64,000 nt of DNA, taken from the NCBI RefSeq assembly GCF_006345805.1, contig NC_043001.1, forward strand, positions 125,550,001 to 125,614,000, in the 5' to 3' direction. The position numbers were made by a program, and so were the translations under genes. This document shows, one piece after another, positions 61,777 to 64,000 of the stretch. Within the stretch, counting starts at the first letter, position 1; every line of letters starts with the position of its first letter. The notes below the pieces were generated by a model. That model did no database searches. It was given only the letters and a program-made list of their open reading frames with translations, and was not told the origin of the DNA. Source of the stretch: Octopus sinensis. Its lineage: Eukaryota.

Positions 61777-62458
61777 TTAAATAAATTTGAAGCTGATCAA
61801 TTCAGTTGTCATCCTAAACTGCCAGAAAAGACTCTCCTTGGGAGCTAGTGTCAGACCACTTGTGAGGTCTCTTATGAGTACTACTGGTAAAATGGAATCC
61901 AGTACAACCTGTTGCTTGGTCAAATTGGCAGTGACTAAACCAGTAACCCCACTAAGTTTACCTGCTGAGGGGTGTTGCTAGAATCCTAGCAGGACTGAAA
62001 ACAAAACCTCTCGAAAGGATGGATGAACTTAGCATAGGTTCAACAACTATCTAGCAATAACACAAGTCCTTGGAAATTCTGGATAAGTGCCTGGCATGCT
62101 GGGGTGAGGCACCCCTCAGCTTTTGTTAAAGTATGTCTCCACAACCTGATTCAAAATCAGGCTATATCTGCTCTAATAATCCGTTGTGATTTGGTCAGAA
62201 AATCCTCTGCAATGGTCAGTAATCAACAGCAAAATGAGTTGCTATGGATCATACTATCTCAATATGTGTATGCATATGACCAGGGACCACATGTGAGCTT
62301 GTATTCCCACTGAAATTCCAAACATGAACTCTATGTCTCATGAGAGACATGGTGAACTTGTTGGTCAGAACTCACTCAACCTACCCTTGGTGAATGCCAC
62401 CACCAGTACAAGTAGTAAGTAATTTTACAGTGAGACTAAACACTTATGGTTTAGAGTA

Positions 62459-62675
62459 CAAGGGGTCACTGAAAACTTCCTGGATTTAAGGGTATCGCAA
62501 AAGGCCTGGTTGGAAGCCCAACTTTCTGAGTTCTTTTACAAGGCTTACAAAGCCTGAAGGGCCACTGCAATAAGTGTATGAACCTGAGAGGGGAATATAT
62601 TGAATAAAATCATAATTAACTGATCCTCCTGTATTTTCTTCTACCCAAAGCCAGGAACTTTTCATCACCTCCTTG
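62459..62675 (+). mobile_element. mariner-derived MITE (internal deletion derivative)
   Basis: TA|CAAGGGGTCACTGAAAACTTCCTGG ... CCAGGAACTTTTCATCACCTCCTTG|TA, keeping only the transposase C-terminal remnant. Confidence 0.85.
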
Positions 62676-62857
62676 TATATTTAGAGCACACAGTTCAATA
62701 ACCAATCTCATTATTGTAACTATGTTTTTGAGATTTATACTATGTTGCAGTTTAACCCCAAGTCAGCTATGGCTTAGTTGATCTATCATCAGAAATATTC
62801 CAGTTGTGACTATCCTGCCTTTTATTGACACATTATATAAATGTATCTAGATTGACA

Positions 62858-63230
62858 GTGGAGGCGCAATGGCCCAGTGGTTAGGGCAGCGGACTCGCGG
62901 TCGTAGGATCACGGTTTCAATTCCCAGACCGGGCATTGTGAGTGTTTATTGAGCGAAAACACCTAAAGCTTCACAAGGCTCCTGCAGGGGGTGGTGGTGA
63001 ACCCTGCTGTACTCTTTCACCACAACTTTCTCTCACTCTTTCTTCCTGTTTCTGTTGTACCTGTATTTCAAAGGGCCAGTCTTGTCACGCTGAATCTCCT
63101 CGAGAACTACGTTAAGGGTACACGTGTCTGTGGAGTGCTCAGCCACTTGCACGTTAATTCCACGAGCACGCTGTTCCGTTGATCGTATCGGCTGGGACCC
63201 TCATTGTCGTAACCGACGGAGTGCTCCTAT
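62858..63230 (+). mobile_element. tRNA-derived SINE family D
   Basis: 14-bp TSD TATCTAGATTGACA (62844-62857, 63231-63244). Confidence 0.9.
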
Positions 63231-63696
63231 TATCTAGATTGACATCATCCTTTTAAGATAGTAATGTGTGATTTAAGTGAGATTTGGTTGCTATTTCTTG
63301 TGAGTTGATTGCTCGTGTATCATTAGCTCATCCATATGACTTTGTGCCAGCATCCGGTTTGCTATTGATCTGAGTGGATGTTGATGATAGTCAATAGACA
63401 CAAAGTGAACATAGTTAATTGGCTGATTAGTGTAATGTCACACTGTGTGTGATGTTAGCAAGGATAGAATAAAGAGAGATGGGGAGTGTGTTTTAAGGAG
63501 GAATTTATGGCTATACTGATGATCTTTTAAAATTTTGCATGTGTGCATGTGTGTGAAACAGAAATAGAGAGGGAGACAGACAGACAGACAAATAGAGGGT
63601 GTGTTTTATTTACATTTTGTTGTAAAGGTATACAAACACTTCAGTTGAGCTTAACATACCTATATAAACAAACATTTTAAACAGGGAAAATAGCTA

Positions 63697-63873
63697 AATA
63701 TAAATAGGAGTGGCTGTGTGGTAAGTAGCTTGCTAACCAACCACATGGTTCCGGGTTCAGTCCCACTGTGTGGCATCTTGGGCAAGTGTCTTCTGCTATA
63801 GCCCCGGGCCGACCAATGCCTTGTGAGTGGATTTGGTAGACGGAAACTGAAAGAAGCCTGTCGTATATATGTG

Positions 63874-63904
<31 letters not shown>

Positions 63905-64000
63905 GTGTGTTTGTGTGTCTGTGTTTGTCCCCCTAGCATTGCTTGACAACCGATGCTGGTGTGATTACGTCCCCGTCACTTAGCGGTTCGGCAAAAGAAA
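63697..64000 (+). mobile_element. SINE family A (runs off the window end)
   Basis: Matches other family A copies. Confidence 0.88.

Noticed and set aside
62858-62935. tRNA gene-like sequences at the heads of families D and E
   Set aside because: A and B boxes are present but there is no proper acceptor stem. They continue into SINE bodies, and the D copies have TSDs.

Overview
AT-rich, microsatellite-dense animal genomic DNA. The repeat content looks like an octopus or other coleoid cephalopod genome; this is an inference from the repeats and was not database-checked. The only host coding sequence I can support is one 149-nt internal exon (53615-53763, +) of an F-box/LRR gene matching FBXL16, so the rest of the window is probably two very large introns. 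These are filled with at least five tRNA-type SINE families, fragments of non-LTR retrotransposons (HERO/R2-like, RTE, CR1, R4/Dong-like), hAT, piggyBac and mariner MITEs, a 33-bp satellite and simple repeats. The most unusual signal is three short insertions (23929-24340, 27412-27666, 44090-44389) with a shared design: a long inverted repeat, a one-sided 50-60 nt tail, and a 12-13 bp AT-rich target-site duplication. One of them carries a minimal type I hammerhead ribozyme motif with the compensatory U3-A8 core pair, which points to Penelope-like or retrozyme-type non-autonomous retroelements. Also notable are a 5S rRNA copy fused to an RTE 3' tail, (TAA)n-targeting elements, a SINE flanked by a 166-bp duplication, and a covarying stem-loop shared by the commonest SINE and a CR1 LINE. 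Family labels A-G are my own working names.
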